From NCBI GenBank assembly GCA_937911525.1, contig CALDQK010000773.1, positions 1 through 43,616 of the forward strand: a DNA stretch of 43,616 bases, read 5' to 3'. How positions within the stretch are numbered: position 1 is the stretch's first letter; every line of letters starts with the position of its first letter. This stretch comes from an uncultured bacterium (GTDB lineage Bacteria > Planctomycetota > J058). Of the stretch, positions 17,997 through 27,096 are shown piece by piece. Both the position numbers and the translations under genes were made by a program. A model generated the notes under the pieces. It ran no database searches. It had not been told where the DNA came from and was given only the letters and a program-made list of their open reading frames with translations.

Positions 17997-18635
17997 TCAG
18001 TTCCAACCCCTGGATCCAGCGCGCGCTCGATTCAGTTCACGCTGCCGGCGATCCAGCTCCCGCTGCCGCCTCTGCAACTCGGCTGCCCGTCGCCTCAGCT
18101 CCTGACGCTCCTGCTCTACTCGAGCCTGCTCCAGTCGTCTCTCCTCGGCCTCGCGCCGCTCCAGAGCAGCTCTCGCGTCGGCTGGGACACCATGCCTGAT
18201 GATAGACCGCTCGAATCGATCGAACGCCGGCCTGGAAGGGTGATGACTGGGAAGGCTGCCGTGAATCTGCTGACTACCCTCAATCACCGCCTCGGGTGCA
18301 TAGTTCGGCTGGAAGGTCCCAGGCCCTGGAGTCCCCGGCTCAGGGCCAAGCGCCCTGTTTACGAGCATTACAAGCACGTCGGCAGGAAGGAACACCAGGT
18401 CGAAGGCCAGAGGAATCAGCCCGACTCCAAGCAATGCTCCCCCGATCGCCATCGCCCGATCGATATGACAGTCCTCCGTCGCTGGCGGAGAGCCCTTAAA
18501 CCAGACCATGCTGTGCCGAACGTCGCCGGGGCACTTATGCACAAAGTCCCTGTAGCGCGGAAGGAGGTAGCTGCCATGAAAGGAACAGCCGACACTAGCG
18601 ATCAGGAGGACCGCGACAATGAGGCACTTCCTCAT
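17997..18635 (-). CDS. probable lipoprotein, YceK/YidQ (DUF1375)-like N-terminal part plus Glu/Arg/Gln-rich helical tail
   Basis: Signal peptide with lipobox ASVGC. The segment IPLAFDLVFLPADV resembles the YceK motif DLPFSLVFDTLLLPID (from memory). The C-terminus is ERREAEERRLEQARVEQERQELRRRAAELQRRQRELDRRQREL. ATGA overlap with the upstream gene. Confidence 0.6.
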   Translation of the reverse strand: MRKCLIVAVLLIASVGCSFHGSYLLPRYRDFVHKCPGDVRHSMVWFKGSPPATEDCHIDRAMAIGGALLGVGLIPLAFDLVFLPADVLVMLVNRALGPEPGTPGPGTFQPNYAPEAVIEGSQQIHGSLPSHHPSRPAFDRFERSIIRHGVPADARAALERREAEERRLEQARVEQERQELRRRAAELQRRQRELDRRQRELNRARAGSRGWN

Positions 18636-19273
18636 CTTCGGTGACGCGCCTCAAAGGAGTCGAGGGCACGCCTGGACCTCGCCGTGGCTGCACCACTGGA
18701 AGAAGAAGATCCAAGTCCCTCCAACTCTCTTGCCAACGCGCGCTGCTCAGCCTGCAGTCTTCGACGCTCGGCCTCGATCGCTAGTGCCTCCTGGCGCTGC
18801 CGCCATTCCAGCGCCTCTTCTCTCTGTCTCTCACGGCGCTCGCGTTCCATGGCGAGCGCAAGTCGCTCCCTCTCGAGTGCCCTTCGTTGAGCCTGAATCT
18901 CTCGGAGCTCGCTCTGAGATGGTCCACTCGGAGCGTCAACTTGCGGCCTTGGCGAGGGTCTAACCGCAGCTGGCTGTCGGGCCTGCTGGACGCTCGTGCT
19001 CGCAGGTTGACGCTGAACGACCCTATGGCGGAGCGTCCTCTGGCGACCTGGAGAAGTAGTAGAGGTATCGGTCGACCTATCCTTCTTTGGCTTGATGGTC
19101 GTCGTTTGATAGACATACACAGGACCCGGCGTGCGGAATGTCCGCTTGACCCCGTCTGTCCCAACCTCAGTCGACCCGAGGGGATCCTCGACTCCTACTC
19201 CAACGTCGGAATCTGGCTCGCAGCCCTGGAAAAAGAGGGCTGCCAGCGTCAGTAGGGCAATGGATCTCTTCAT
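18632..19273 (-). CDS. probable lipoprotein with Ser/Thr/Pro-rich linker and Glu/Arg-rich helical tail
   Basis: Signal peptide with lipobox FFQGC. A low-complexity middle region is followed by QAQRRALERERLALAMERERRERQREEALEWRQRQEA. The region is GC-poor. Confidence 0.6.
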   Translation of the reverse strand: MKRSIALLTLAALFFQGCEPDSDVGVGVEDPLGSTEVGTDGVKRTFRTPGPVYVYQTTTIKPKKDRSTDTSTTSPGRQRTLRHRVVQRQPASTSVQQARQPAAVRPSPRPQVDAPSGPSQSELREIQAQRRALERERLALAMERERRERQREEALEWRQRQEALAIEAERRRLQAEQRALARELEGLGSSSSSGAATARSRRALDSFEARHRR

Positions 19274-19401
19274 GCGACAGTGATGGCACTGCTAAGTGAA
19301 CTCGTCAAGGTCCTCGCCCGGGTTTCGCCGCCGAGCTCGCGCGATGGCGGGCGTCGCCCCTTCTGCTGTTCAATCGCGTTCGCGCTGCCTATCGTGAGAG
19401 G

Positions 19402-19905
19402 GTGATGCTCCTCCTCCGGCTGACCCTGGTCCTCGCGCTCGCCTGCTCCCTCGGCTGCACCGTGACGCGCGACCTCGAGGCCAGCGGCGAAGAGGGCGCG
19501 GCGCAGGCGCTCGAGGTCCCGGGGCGCAGCTTGGGCACGATCAAGGTGTGGTCGGGCGGGATCACGAGCGACGTGACCGGCGCGGAGCCGACGCGCGTCC
19601 GGCTCTACGTGCGCGTCGACAACCACGACGCGGAGGGGCTGACCCTCACGGACCTGGCGCTGGTCGTCTACACCCACGCCGGCGAGCGGCTGCGGCGAGA
19701 GCCGACCCCCGACACCGCCGGCGAGCGGAGCGTGCGCCCGGGGCGGACCCTGCGCACGGGGCTCCGCTTCGAGCTCCCGGGCGAGGTCGCCATCCGCGAC
19801 GTGGAGCGAATCGACCTGGAGTGGACGATCCACAGCCCCGCGGGGCGGGTGATCCGCTCGACCCGCTTCGAGGTCGTGGGGTCACGGCTGGAGCAACGTA
19901 GCTGA
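19402..19905 (+). CDS. probable lipoprotein, beta-sandwich-like
   Basis: Signal peptide with LALAC / SLGC lipobox candidates. The ATG at 19405 is preceded by GAGAGG. The body is strand-rich. Confidence 0.6.
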   Translation: MMLLLRLTLVLALACSLGCTVTRDLEASGEEGAAQALEVPGRSLGTIKVWSGGITSDVTGAEPTRVRLYVRVDNHDAEGLTLTDLALVVYTHAGERLRREPTPDTAGERSVRPGRTLRTGLRFELPGEVAIRDVERIDLEWTIHSPAGRVIRSTRFEVVGSRLEQRS

Positions 19906-19954
19906 GGGACCCTGGTGGGCTGTCCGCCTCGCGTGGGGGTGATACAAAGCTCCT

Positions 19955-21217
19955 GTGAGCGTCGAATCGGGGGAGGAGAGCGGCAGGGAGCGCCCGCGTC
20001 GGGGGGCGAACCCACGTCTGCCCACCTCCGCGACCTTGGCGGCGCTGCCCGAGCTGGGCGGGGGAGTGACCCTCCGCAACCTCTCGACCATGGGCGCGTG
20101 CCTCGAGCTGGAGTCGCCCGGGCAGGTGCCAGGACGGGGGGATCAGCTCAAGGTCGAGCTGGCCCATCCCCAGCTGCCGAGCTCGATCCAGCTCCATGGC
20201 GAGGTGATGTGGACCGAGCCCAAGGGCAGGCGCACGACCCTCGGGGTGCGCTTCAACGAGGAGAGCGACGCCGACCGCTCGCTGCGTCCCTTCCTGACCG
20301 CCGAGGCGGGCTCTTGCCTGTTCCAGGAACAGACCCTCGTCGGCTTCGTGGTTCCCCACGGCAAGTCGCGGCGGACCTGGTCCGTGTTCGATGCGGCGGG
20401 CAAGCGCCGCGTGGTCGCTGCGGTCGACGCCGAGGGCTTCGCGGTCCACGCCAAGTCCGTCAGCAAGGGCTCGCTGCCCTGCTGGCGCGCGGCGACCTTG
20501 CACGAGGTGGTGTGCGGGGCGCTCGAGGTCGAGGATCCGCTCCGCCTCGACCCCCAGGTCCCGAACTGGCGCAGCTCCAAGGAGGAGCTCGAGCAGAAGC
20601 GTGAGGCCGCGCGACAGGCCGCCGCCGAAGAGCGGGCCCGGGCCAAGGCGCTGGCCGAGGCGCGCAATCGCGCCGCGGAGGAGGCCAGGTCCCGCCAGCG
20701 GAAGGACTCGGAGCGCCTGCCCGCGCTGGGGCGGCTGGTGAGCGGACCGCAGGGGCCGTTGGGCTTCTTGTGCGACACGACCCTCCCCGAGAGCTACATG
20801 GTCGCCGACGACGCGGGCGCGCAGCTGGCCTACCTCTCCAGAATCGAGGACGGCCAGGTGCAGGTCTCGTCCATGGGCGACGCCTTCGACGAGGAGCTCG
20901 AGCTCGACCCCTTCCCCAGCCTGGAGGACGCCCTGGCGGCCGTGTTCCAGCGCGCGGGCGGGGCGGTCGAGCTGGGGGAGTTCACCGAGGTCGGTCGCCT
21001 GCGGCGCTCGGAGGGCGCCGACATCTCGGGCAGCCAGATCACCCTGACCGGGTTCACCGAGGCGCCGCCCGAGGTCCCGCGCCGCCCCCGAGCGCCCAAG
21101 GCGAAGCGGGGCGCGCTCGCTTCCTTGTTTCGGCTCGTGCTCGCGCTCGCCGGGCTCGCAGGCGCGGGCTACTTCGGCTGGCTCCTCTACAAGATGGCGC
21201 TGACCTACCGCAGCTGA
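19955..21217 (+). CDS. PilZ domain protein with coiled-coil middle and C-terminal TM anchor
   Basis: RERPRRGANPR (RxxxR) and NLSTMGA (D/NxSxxG) form the PilZ c-di-GMP signature. An Ala/Glu/Arg helix follows. The terminal hydrophobic segment is LVLALAGLAGAGYFGWLLY. Confidence 0.7.
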   Translation: MSVESGEESGRERPRRGANPRLPTSATLAALPELGGGVTLRNLSTMGACLELESPGQVPGRGDQLKVELAHPQLPSSIQLHGEVMWTEPKGRRTTLGVRFNEESDADRSLRPFLTAEAGSCLFQEQTLVGFVVPHGKSRRTWSVFDAAGKRRVVAAVDAEGFAVHAKSVSKGSLPCWRAATLHEVVCGALEVEDPLRLDPQVPNWRSSKEELEQKREAARQAAAEERARAKALAEARNRAAEEARSRQRKDSERLPALGRLVSGPQGPLGFLCDTTLPESYMVADDAGAQLAYLSRIEDGQVQVSSMGDAFDEELELDPFPSLEDALAAVFQRAGGAVELGEFTEVGRLRRSEGADISGSQITLTGFTEAPPEVPRRPRAPKAKRGALASLFRLVLALAGLAGAGYFGWLLYKMALTYRS

Positions 21218-21224
21218 GCCCGGC

Positions 21225-22022
21225 TCAAGCGCCGAACAAGCGCGTCGCCTGCTCGACGAAGTAGAAGAACATGTTCTCGTTCTGGCCCGCGCCGCCGAAG
21301 AGCTGGAACTCGGTCACGCTCGGGTGGCGGATCAAAGGGCGCATGGACCAGGCCAGCTGGCTGGTCACTCCCAGGTAGACCATGGTCCAGGCGCGCACCA
21401 GCCAGGGCTTGAAGGCGTCACCTTGCTCGTCGCGCAGGGTTCGCACGCCCTTCTCGATCACGGACAGGAAGCCGAACTCGGCCAGCCCGAAGGCGCAGAG
21501 GGCGCCGATCAGGAGCCCCGCGTAGGGGGTGCCGACGCTGGAGAAGAAGAGGAGCAAGGGGGCAAGTCCGGCCAGGACGGCCCCGCGCATGCCCATGCCG
21601 GCCGCGAAGAGGCGGAGGCCGGTCTTGAGCTGCAGCTTGGAGCCCTGGAGCAGGCCGAAGATGAAGAAGGCCGGGAAGCAGGTGATCAGCGAGAGGCTGA
21701 AGATCACGGGGACCTTGACCGCGGCGGCGGCGGCCTGGGCGGCGCTGGTCGCCGAGCCGATCGCGAGCCCGCCCAGGGCCGAGAGGCCGAGCGAGATCAG
21801 GACGACCTTGCGCAGGTCGAGCTCCTTGCCGGCGACGATGTCGCTGATCAAGGCCGGTCGGTCCTGGAGCACCCTCCTGAGCAGGTGCGCGGTCGTGTTC
21901 TTGAGCGGCGGGGGCGCGAGGGGCGGCAGGTCGACGGCCGCCGAGGGGGGCGGGGGCGGCTCGAGGGTCGCGGTCGCGGAGGCAGCGGGAGCGTCGTGGT
22001 CGTGCTGGGCGAGTGGGATCAT
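21225..22022 (-). CDS. five-TM (Yip1-like topology) membrane protein with polyproline / WH2-like N-terminus
   Basis: Five hydrophobic segments. The N-terminus reads EPPPPPS...LPPLAPPPL...ALISDIVAGKELDLRKV. ATGA overlap with the upstream gene. Confidence 0.65.
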   Translation of the reverse strand: MIPLAQHDHDAPAASATATLEPPPPPSAAVDLPPLAPPPLKNTTAHLLRRVLQDRPALISDIVAGKELDLRKVVLISLGLSALGGLAIGSATSAAQAAAAAVKVPVIFSLSLITCFPAFFIFGLLQGSKLQLKTGLRLFAAGMGMRGAVLAGLAPLLLFFSSVGTPYAGLLIGALCAFGLAEFGFLSVIEKGVRTLRDEQGDAFKPWLVRAWTMVYLGVTSQLAWSMRPLIRHPSVTEFQLFGGAGQNENMFFYFVEQATRLFGA

Positions 22023-22699
22023 GAGGGGCCTCCGGGGGTGGGGAGCAGGTCGCTCAGGACCTGCTCGGTGTCAGAGACGGCTTGCTCGAGCTGGGACGCG
22101 ATCTCGGCGGCGCCGTCGGGGTCGTGGTGAAGGGGACGGAGCGAGAGCTCCTCGATCCGGGCCGGGAGCGACTCGAGGAGCACCCGCAGCCGGGCCAGCT
22201 CGAGTCGGGCCAGGCGGGACTTGCTCTCGATCGAGGCACCGGCGCGCTCGGCGCGCTCCAGGTCCGCGAGGGTCGCAGCGAGCAGGGCCCGGGCGCGCGG
22301 GTCCTGCTCGCGCTCGAGGGCCGCGCTCAGCTCGGCCCGCTCGGCTTGGCGGGCCGGGTCGAGCGCGGGGCGGACGCGAGCGGCCGCGGCGCAGAGCGAG
22401 GCGACCCTCTGGTCGAGGTCAGCAAGGGGCCCCCGGAGCAGCGGCTCGAGTGCCGCTTGGAGGGTGCGATCCCCCGCCTGGAGCGCGGCGTCCAGGCGAG
22501 CGCGCGCGCGCTCGATCGCGGCGCGCTCTGCCTGGAGGAGCCCTCCGCGGGGGCGGTCCTCCTCGTCTTCGGCCTGGCTCAGGAGCCACCAGGTGGCTCC
22601 CAGGGCGCAGGCGGCGAGGCCCGCGACGGCCAGGGTGCCGAACAAGGAAGGATTGGCCTTGGCCCACAGATCGAGGGCCAGCGGGAAGGTGCTGCTCAT
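22019..22699 (-). CDS. membrane-anchored coiled-coil protein (226 aa)
   Basis: Only the C-terminal 226 aa of track ORF 22019-23794 are credible. ATG at 22697-22699. One TM helix (LFGTLAVAGLAACALGATWWLL) is followed by Ala/Arg/Glu/Leu heptad-like helices. Confidence 0.6.
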   Translation of the reverse strand: MSSTFPLALDLWAKANPSLFGTLAVAGLAACALGATWWLLSQAEDEEDRPRGGLLQAERAAIERARARLDAALQAGDRTLQAALEPLLRGPLADLDQRVASLCAAAARVRPALDPARQAERAELSAALEREQDPRARALLAATLADLERAERAGASIESKSRLARLELARLRVLLESLPARIEELSLRPLHHDPDGAAEIASQLEQAVSDTEQVLSDLLPTPGGPS

Positions 22700-22861
22700 A
22701 AGCAGCGCTAATGCAGATCTCGCTCCGCTTGCAAATCCAGAAGCGCGGTGGGAGCGGTGTCGGGTCGGCGGTGGACCTGTCAGCCTCCCAACGAACACCC
22801 TGACGCCCAGCCCGCCGGCCTGCGGGTTGTCGCGCCTCGGCCGCGCCCTAGGATCCAGCCC

Positions 22862-23659
22862 GTGACAGCTCCAGCCCCCAGCGAGTCGGCCGCCGCGCCC
22901 TCCGCCGCCTCCCCCGTCGTGCAGGCAGTCGGCCTCGAGAAGACCTTCCTGCTGGGGACCAACGCCGTCCCCGCCCTGCGCGGGGTGGACCTCTCGGTCG
23001 CCTCGGGCGAGTGGGTCGCGATCATGGGCCCCTCGGGCTGCGGCAAGACGACCTTGCTCGGCCTGCTGGGTCTGCTCGACCGGCCCACGGCGGGGACGGT
23101 CCTGATCGACGGGGTCGACGCCGCCCAGCTGAGCGAGAACCAGCAGGCGGACCTGCGCCGCGACCGGCTGGGCTTCGTGTTTCAGTTCTACAGCCTGGTC
23201 CCGATGCTGACGGCGCTCGAGAACGTGGCGGTCCCGATGCAGCTGGCGGGGCGCTCGACGCGCGAGGCCCAGGAGCGGGCCCAGGCCTTGCTCGAGCAGG
23301 TCGGGATCGGCCAGCGGGCGGGGCACCTCCCCAGCGAGCTCTCGGGCGGCCAGCAGCAGCGCGTCGCGATCGCGCGCGCCCTGGCCAACGACCCGGCGCT
23401 GGTCCTCCTCGACGAGCCGACGGGCGACCTGGACCAGGCCTCGACGCGTCAGACCCTGGACCTGCTGAGCGAGCTCAACGGCGAGCGCGGGGCGACCCTG
23501 GTGATGGTCACCCACGACGTGAAGGTCGCCCGGGCCGCGAGCCGGGTCGTCCACATGCTGGACGGCAAGATCCTGCACGAAGAGGCCCGCGGCGAGGACG
23601 GCAGCTTCGCCAGCGCGCCGGGGGCCGGCGAGGGCGAGCTCCCCACGGTCAACCGCTGA
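22862..23659 (+). CDS. ABC transporter ATP-binding protein (MacB/FtsE-type)
   Basis: Walker A GPSGCGKTT, signature [15 protein letters not shown], Walker B LVLLDEPTGDLD. The start is ambiguous between GTG 22862 and GTG 22748. Confidence 0.85.
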   Translation: MTAPAPSESAAAPSAASPVVQAVGLEKTFLLGTNAVPALRGVDLSVASGEWVAIMGPSGCGKTTLLGLLGLLDRPTAGTVLIDGVDAAQLSENQQADLRRDRLGFVFQFYSLVPMLTALENVAVPMQLAGRSTREAQERAQALLEQVGIGQRAGHLPSELSGGQQQRVAIARALANDPALVLLDEPTGDLDQASTRQTLDLLSELNGERGATLVMVTHDVKVARAASRVVHMLDGKILHEEARGEDGSFASAPGAGEGELPTVNR

Positions 23660-23669
23660 GGGCCCGCGC

Positions 23670-26600
23670 GTGTTCAACCCCCTCCCGCTGATCTGGCGCC
23701 ACGCCGCCCGTCGCCGCCTGCGCTGGTCGCTGGGCGTGCTGGGCCTGGCCGTCTCGGTCGGGCTGCTGACGGTGGCCAACGTCGGCCTCGACACCTTCGC
23801 GGGCAGCTACCTGGACGTGCTCACGATCGGGGCCGGCCAGGCCGACGCCCAGGTGGTCGCCGACCAGGACGAGCGCGACGTCCCCTGGTACGACGGGCGA
23901 GCGCTGGCCGAGCGACTGGAGGCCCTCGAGGCCGTGGCGGCCGCCGCCCCGCGGGTTCAGTGGCCGGCCCGCGTCGAGAAGGTGGGGCAGCAGCAAGACG
24001 AGCAGGGCGAGGGCACGATCGGCGCCGCCCACCGCTGGGCCCGCTGGCGCTCGGGCGTGACGCTGATGGGCCTCGACCTGGCCCGTGAGCGCCAGGCCGG
24101 CGCCCAGGCCTTCGGCAGCTTCCTCCAGGCCGACGAGGGAGGGCGCGCGCGCGAAGTCGACGTCAGCGACCTCGGCCCGGACGAGTGCCTGCTCAGCCAG
24201 ACCCTGGCCGAGCGGCTGAAGGTCGGCGCCGGCGAGCGGGTCCGGGTCCGCCTCGAGGGCGGGCAGCGCGAGCTGAAGGTGCGCGAGGTCGTCCAGCAGC
24301 GCGGCGTGTTCCTGGCGGGGGACTTCCGCGCCTGGATCGCGGTCCGGCGCGAGGTCGCCAGCGAGCTGCTCCGCGGAGTGGTCGACGCGGGCCTGACCCT
24401 GCTCTCGCTCTCGCCCGAGGCCGCCCTGCGCAGCGACCGCGCCCGCCAGCTCCTGCGCGCGCTCTACGCCGAGCTGGGGGCGGAGCTGGGCTACGACCGC
24501 GAGCGCCTGGCCAAGGAGGGCGTGACGGTCGTCGAGTTCCATCGCGAGCACGGCCAGCAGCTCTTCGCCGCCTGGAAGAAGCGGCGCGACACGATCGACA
24601 TCACGACCAACGTGGCGCTCTCCTTCGCGGGGCGGAGCTCGATCTACGACGCCCAGGACGTCTCGGGCACGATCGGCCGCCTGCGCAGCGCCGGCGAAGA
24701 GGTCCAGCGCGAGCTGGGCCACGGCTTCCGGGTGTTCCTGCCCAAGGCGCAGGCGCTGGTCCGCTTCGAGTCGCAGACCTCGCTCTTGCGGGGGATCTTC
24801 TGGCTGGTCGGCCTGCTCTCGCTCGCGATCAGCGCGCTCCTGATCGACTCGCTGATCAGCGTCAACGTCGAGGAGCGCGTGACCGAGTCGGCGATCCTGC
24901 GCACCCTGGGCGCCTATCGCCGGCACATCTTCAGCCTGGTCGTGGTCGAGACCCTGCTCATGACCGGACTGGCGCTCCTGGTCGGCGTCCTGGGCGGCCT
25001 GGCGCTGTTCCGGATCGTGCTGGCTGGCTTCAACCACTACCTCCTGGGCCAGGGCTGGACGCTGACCCTCGCGCCGGTGATCGACCCGGCCACGATCGGG
25101 CTCACGGTCCTGGCCGGCGTGCTGGTCGGGCTCTTCGCGGGCGTGCGCCCCGCGCGGCGCGCGACCGAGCCCACGATCGTGGAGGCCCTGCGGCCGGCGC
25201 GCCTGGTGACCGCCAGCGAGGCCCGCTCGACCGAGCGCGGCTTCGACCTGCGCCTGACCCTCGTCGGCGCCTCGCTCTTCGGCCTGGGGCTGGTCGTCTA
25301 CTACACGATCACGCTGGTCGCGATCCAGCGCGACCCAGGGCTCCTGGCCTGGGGCTCGACGGCGCTGCTGGTGATGATGCTCGCGGGCTTCGTGCTGGCG
25401 GCCCTGGGCACGCAGCCGATCCTCGAGCGCGGGATCGCCTGGCTGCTGAAACCCTGGCTGGGCACGACCCACCTGTTCGCGGTGCGCAACCTGGCGCGCT
25501 ATCGGCGCCGCAACACGACGACGGCGCTGATCTTCGCGCTCTCGATCTCGCTGGTGATGTTCCTCGCCAGCGTGGCGACCACGGTCGCGACCCTGGCCGA
25601 GACGGCGATCGTCTACAGCACGGGCAGCGACCTCAAGGCCTGGGCCGAGGGTGAGGACCCCGCGACCTTCACCCAGACCCTGGAGGAGGTCGAGGGCGTG
25701 GCCGCCGCCAGCCGGGCGAGCTACTCGCGCCACTTCGGCGAGAGCCTGCGCGACCTGCGCACCGACGTCGAGATGAGCGACCTGATCCGGCTGCGGGACG
25801 TGGACGTCGAGGTCTACGGCGCGGACCCCCGCCTCCTCGACGCGGTCAAGCGCGAGCTGGTCTCGCTGGCCGAGGGCGAGCTGAGCGGGTTCGCGGCGCT
25901 GGCGGCCTCGCGCCCCAGCGACGAGGTCGGCAAGGCCTGGATCTGTCAGGCCGCCGCCAGCCGGCTCGAGATCTCGCGCGGCCAGCACGTGCGGATCCAC
26001 GCCCAGGTCGGCCAGCGCCGTCGCTCGCGCACCTTCGAGGTGATCGGCGTGGTGCGCCGCTTCCCGGGGATCCCGGAGTTTCGGATTCACCCCTCCTTCG
26101 CCCACGAGTCGGGGGTCCTGATCAGCCAGGCCGAGTTCCAGAGCCTGATGTTCGCCGACGTCGAGGAGCACGGCGAGCAGGCGGTGACCAACTGGCGCAG
26201 CGAGACCTTCGTGCGCGTGGCCGATGGCGCCCAGCCCAGGCGCGTGGCCCGTCGGATCCGCGACCGCTTCGCCGGCGACCCCGACGTGCGCGTCCGCGTC
26301 CGCTCCCTGGCGCGGGCCCTCGAGCAGCTGGCGACCTTCCGCGTGATCTCGGAGGCCGGCCTGACGCTGACCCTGCTCTTCGCCTCGATCGTGGCCGTGT
26401 TCGCCCTGATCGCGAGCATGTACGCGACGGTCCTCGAGCGCCGGACGGAGGTCGCCGTCTTGCGCGCCCTCGGGATGCGCAACCGCCAGATCTTCCGCGC
26501 CTTCGCGGGTGAAGCCGTGACCCTGCTCTTGGCCTCCGGCGCCGTCGGCGCCTCGGCCGGCGTGCTCCTGGCCTACCTGCTGGTCTCGGTCCAGGAGCTC

Positions 26601-26753
26601 GCGACCGAGGTCCCGACCCCCTTCGCCCTGCCGACCCTGCCGACCCTGGGCCTGATCGTGCTCTGCATCGGCGTCGGCCTCTTCGCCGCCTGGCTACCCC
26701 TGCGCGACGTCGTCCGCCGCCCGATCGCGGAGCTGCTCGGGCGGGCGCCTTAG
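23670..26753 (+). CDS. large ABC transporter permease with two FtsX-type modules (1027 aa)
   Basis: Two copies of the FtsX/MacB-type 4-TM arrangement, each containing AILRTLGA / AVLRALGM motifs. It lies 10 nt downstream of the ATPase gene. Confidence 0.85.
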   Translation: MFNPLPLIWRHAARRRLRWSLGVLGLAVSVGLLTVANVGLDTFAGSYLDVLTIGAGQADAQVVADQDERDVPWYDGRALAERLEALEAVAAAAPRVQWPARVEKVGQQQDEQGEGTIGAAHRWARWRSGVTLMGLDLARERQAGAQAFGSFLQADEGGRAREVDVSDLGPDECLLSQTLAERLKVGAGERVRVRLEGGQRELKVREVVQQRGVFLAGDFRAWIAVRREVASELLRGVVDAGLTLLSLSPEAALRSDRARQLLRALYAELGAELGYDRERLAKEGVTVVEFHREHGQQLFAAWKKRRDTIDITTNVALSFAGRSSIYDAQDVSGTIGRLRSAGEEVQRELGHGFRVFLPKAQALVRFESQTSLLRGIFWLVGLLSLAISALLIDSLISVNVEERVTESAILRTLGAYRRHIFSLVVVETLLMTGLALLVGVLGGLALFRIVLAGFNHYLLGQGWTLTLAPVIDPATIGLTVLAGVLVGLFAGVRPARRATEPTIVEALRPARLVTASEARSTERGFDLRLTLVGASLFGLGLVVYYTITLVAIQRDPGLLAWGSTALLVMMLAGFVLAALGTQPILERGIAWLLKPWLGTTHLFAVRNLARYRRRNTTTALIFALSISLVMFLASVATTVATLAETAIVYSTGSDLKAWAEGEDPATFTQTLEEVEGVAAASRASYSRHFGESLRDLRTDVEMSDLIRLRDVDVEVYGADPRLLDAVKRELVSLAEGELSGFAALAASRPSDEVGKAWICQAAASRLEISRGQHVRIHAQVGQRRRSRTFEVIGVVRRFPGIPEFRIHPSFAHESGVLISQAEFQSLMFADVEEHGEQAVTNWRSETFVRVADGAQPRRVARRIRDRFAGDPDVRVRVRSLARALEQLATFRVISEAGLTLTLLFASIVAVFALIASMYATVLERRTEVAVLRALGMRNRQIFRAFAGEAVTLLLASGAVGASAGVLLAYLLVSVQELATEVPTPFALPTLPTLGLIVLCIGVGLFAAWLPLRDVVRRPIAELLGRAP

Positions 26754-26821
26754 AGGGTCGAACAGGTCGTGACGGTTGTCGGTGCTGGCGACCTCGGGAC
26801 ACGGTTGGCTACCGTGAAGCC

Positions 26822-27058
26822 ATGACAGAAGAGGCTAGAGCCCTTCTCGAGCAGGCGCTTGAGCTCCCCGCTAGAGACCGTGCCTTCCTGGCGCGAAGCT
26901 TGATAGCAAGCCTCTCGGAGGACGCGTGCGCGGAAGAGGTCGACAAGGCGTGGGCGGAAGAGGCCCAGCGTCGCTTGGCCAGGATCGAGTCGGGTGAAGT
27001 GCAGGCGGTCGCTTGGGAAGACGTTCGAGCGCGTCTGCGGGCAAAGTTCGGGGTTTGA
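26822..27058 (+). CDS. putative addiction-module antitoxin component (TIGR02574-like)
   Basis: 78 aa. LELPARDRAFLARSLIASL...VDKAWAEEAQRRLARIESGEVQAVAWEDVRARL matches the remembered consensus of this antitoxin family. The surrounding region is GC-poor. Confidence 0.75.
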   Translation: MTEEARALLEQALELPARDRAFLARSLIASLSEDACAEEVDKAWAEEAQRRLARIESGEVQAVAWEDVRARLRAKFGV

Positions 27059-27096
27059 ACTCCGTATCCTTCTACCCCGCGGCCGAAGACAAGTGA
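27055..27096 (+). pseudogene. 13-codon relic of a RelE/ParE-family toxin gene
   Basis: A TTG overlaps the antitoxin stop (TTGA) and opens the peptide LNSVSFYPAAEDK*. This resembles the usual toxin N-terminus (x-V-x-F-H-P-x-A-E-x-E). The frame stops at a TGA inside a 14-nt palindrome. Confidence 0.4.

Noticed and set aside
23649-26171. 840-aa minus-strand ORF opposite the double-FtsX permease
   Set aside because: It is antisense to a gene with recognisable FtsX modules and a sensible TM pattern. Its product is Asp/Arg/Gly/Ala-rich with no TM helices or motifs.
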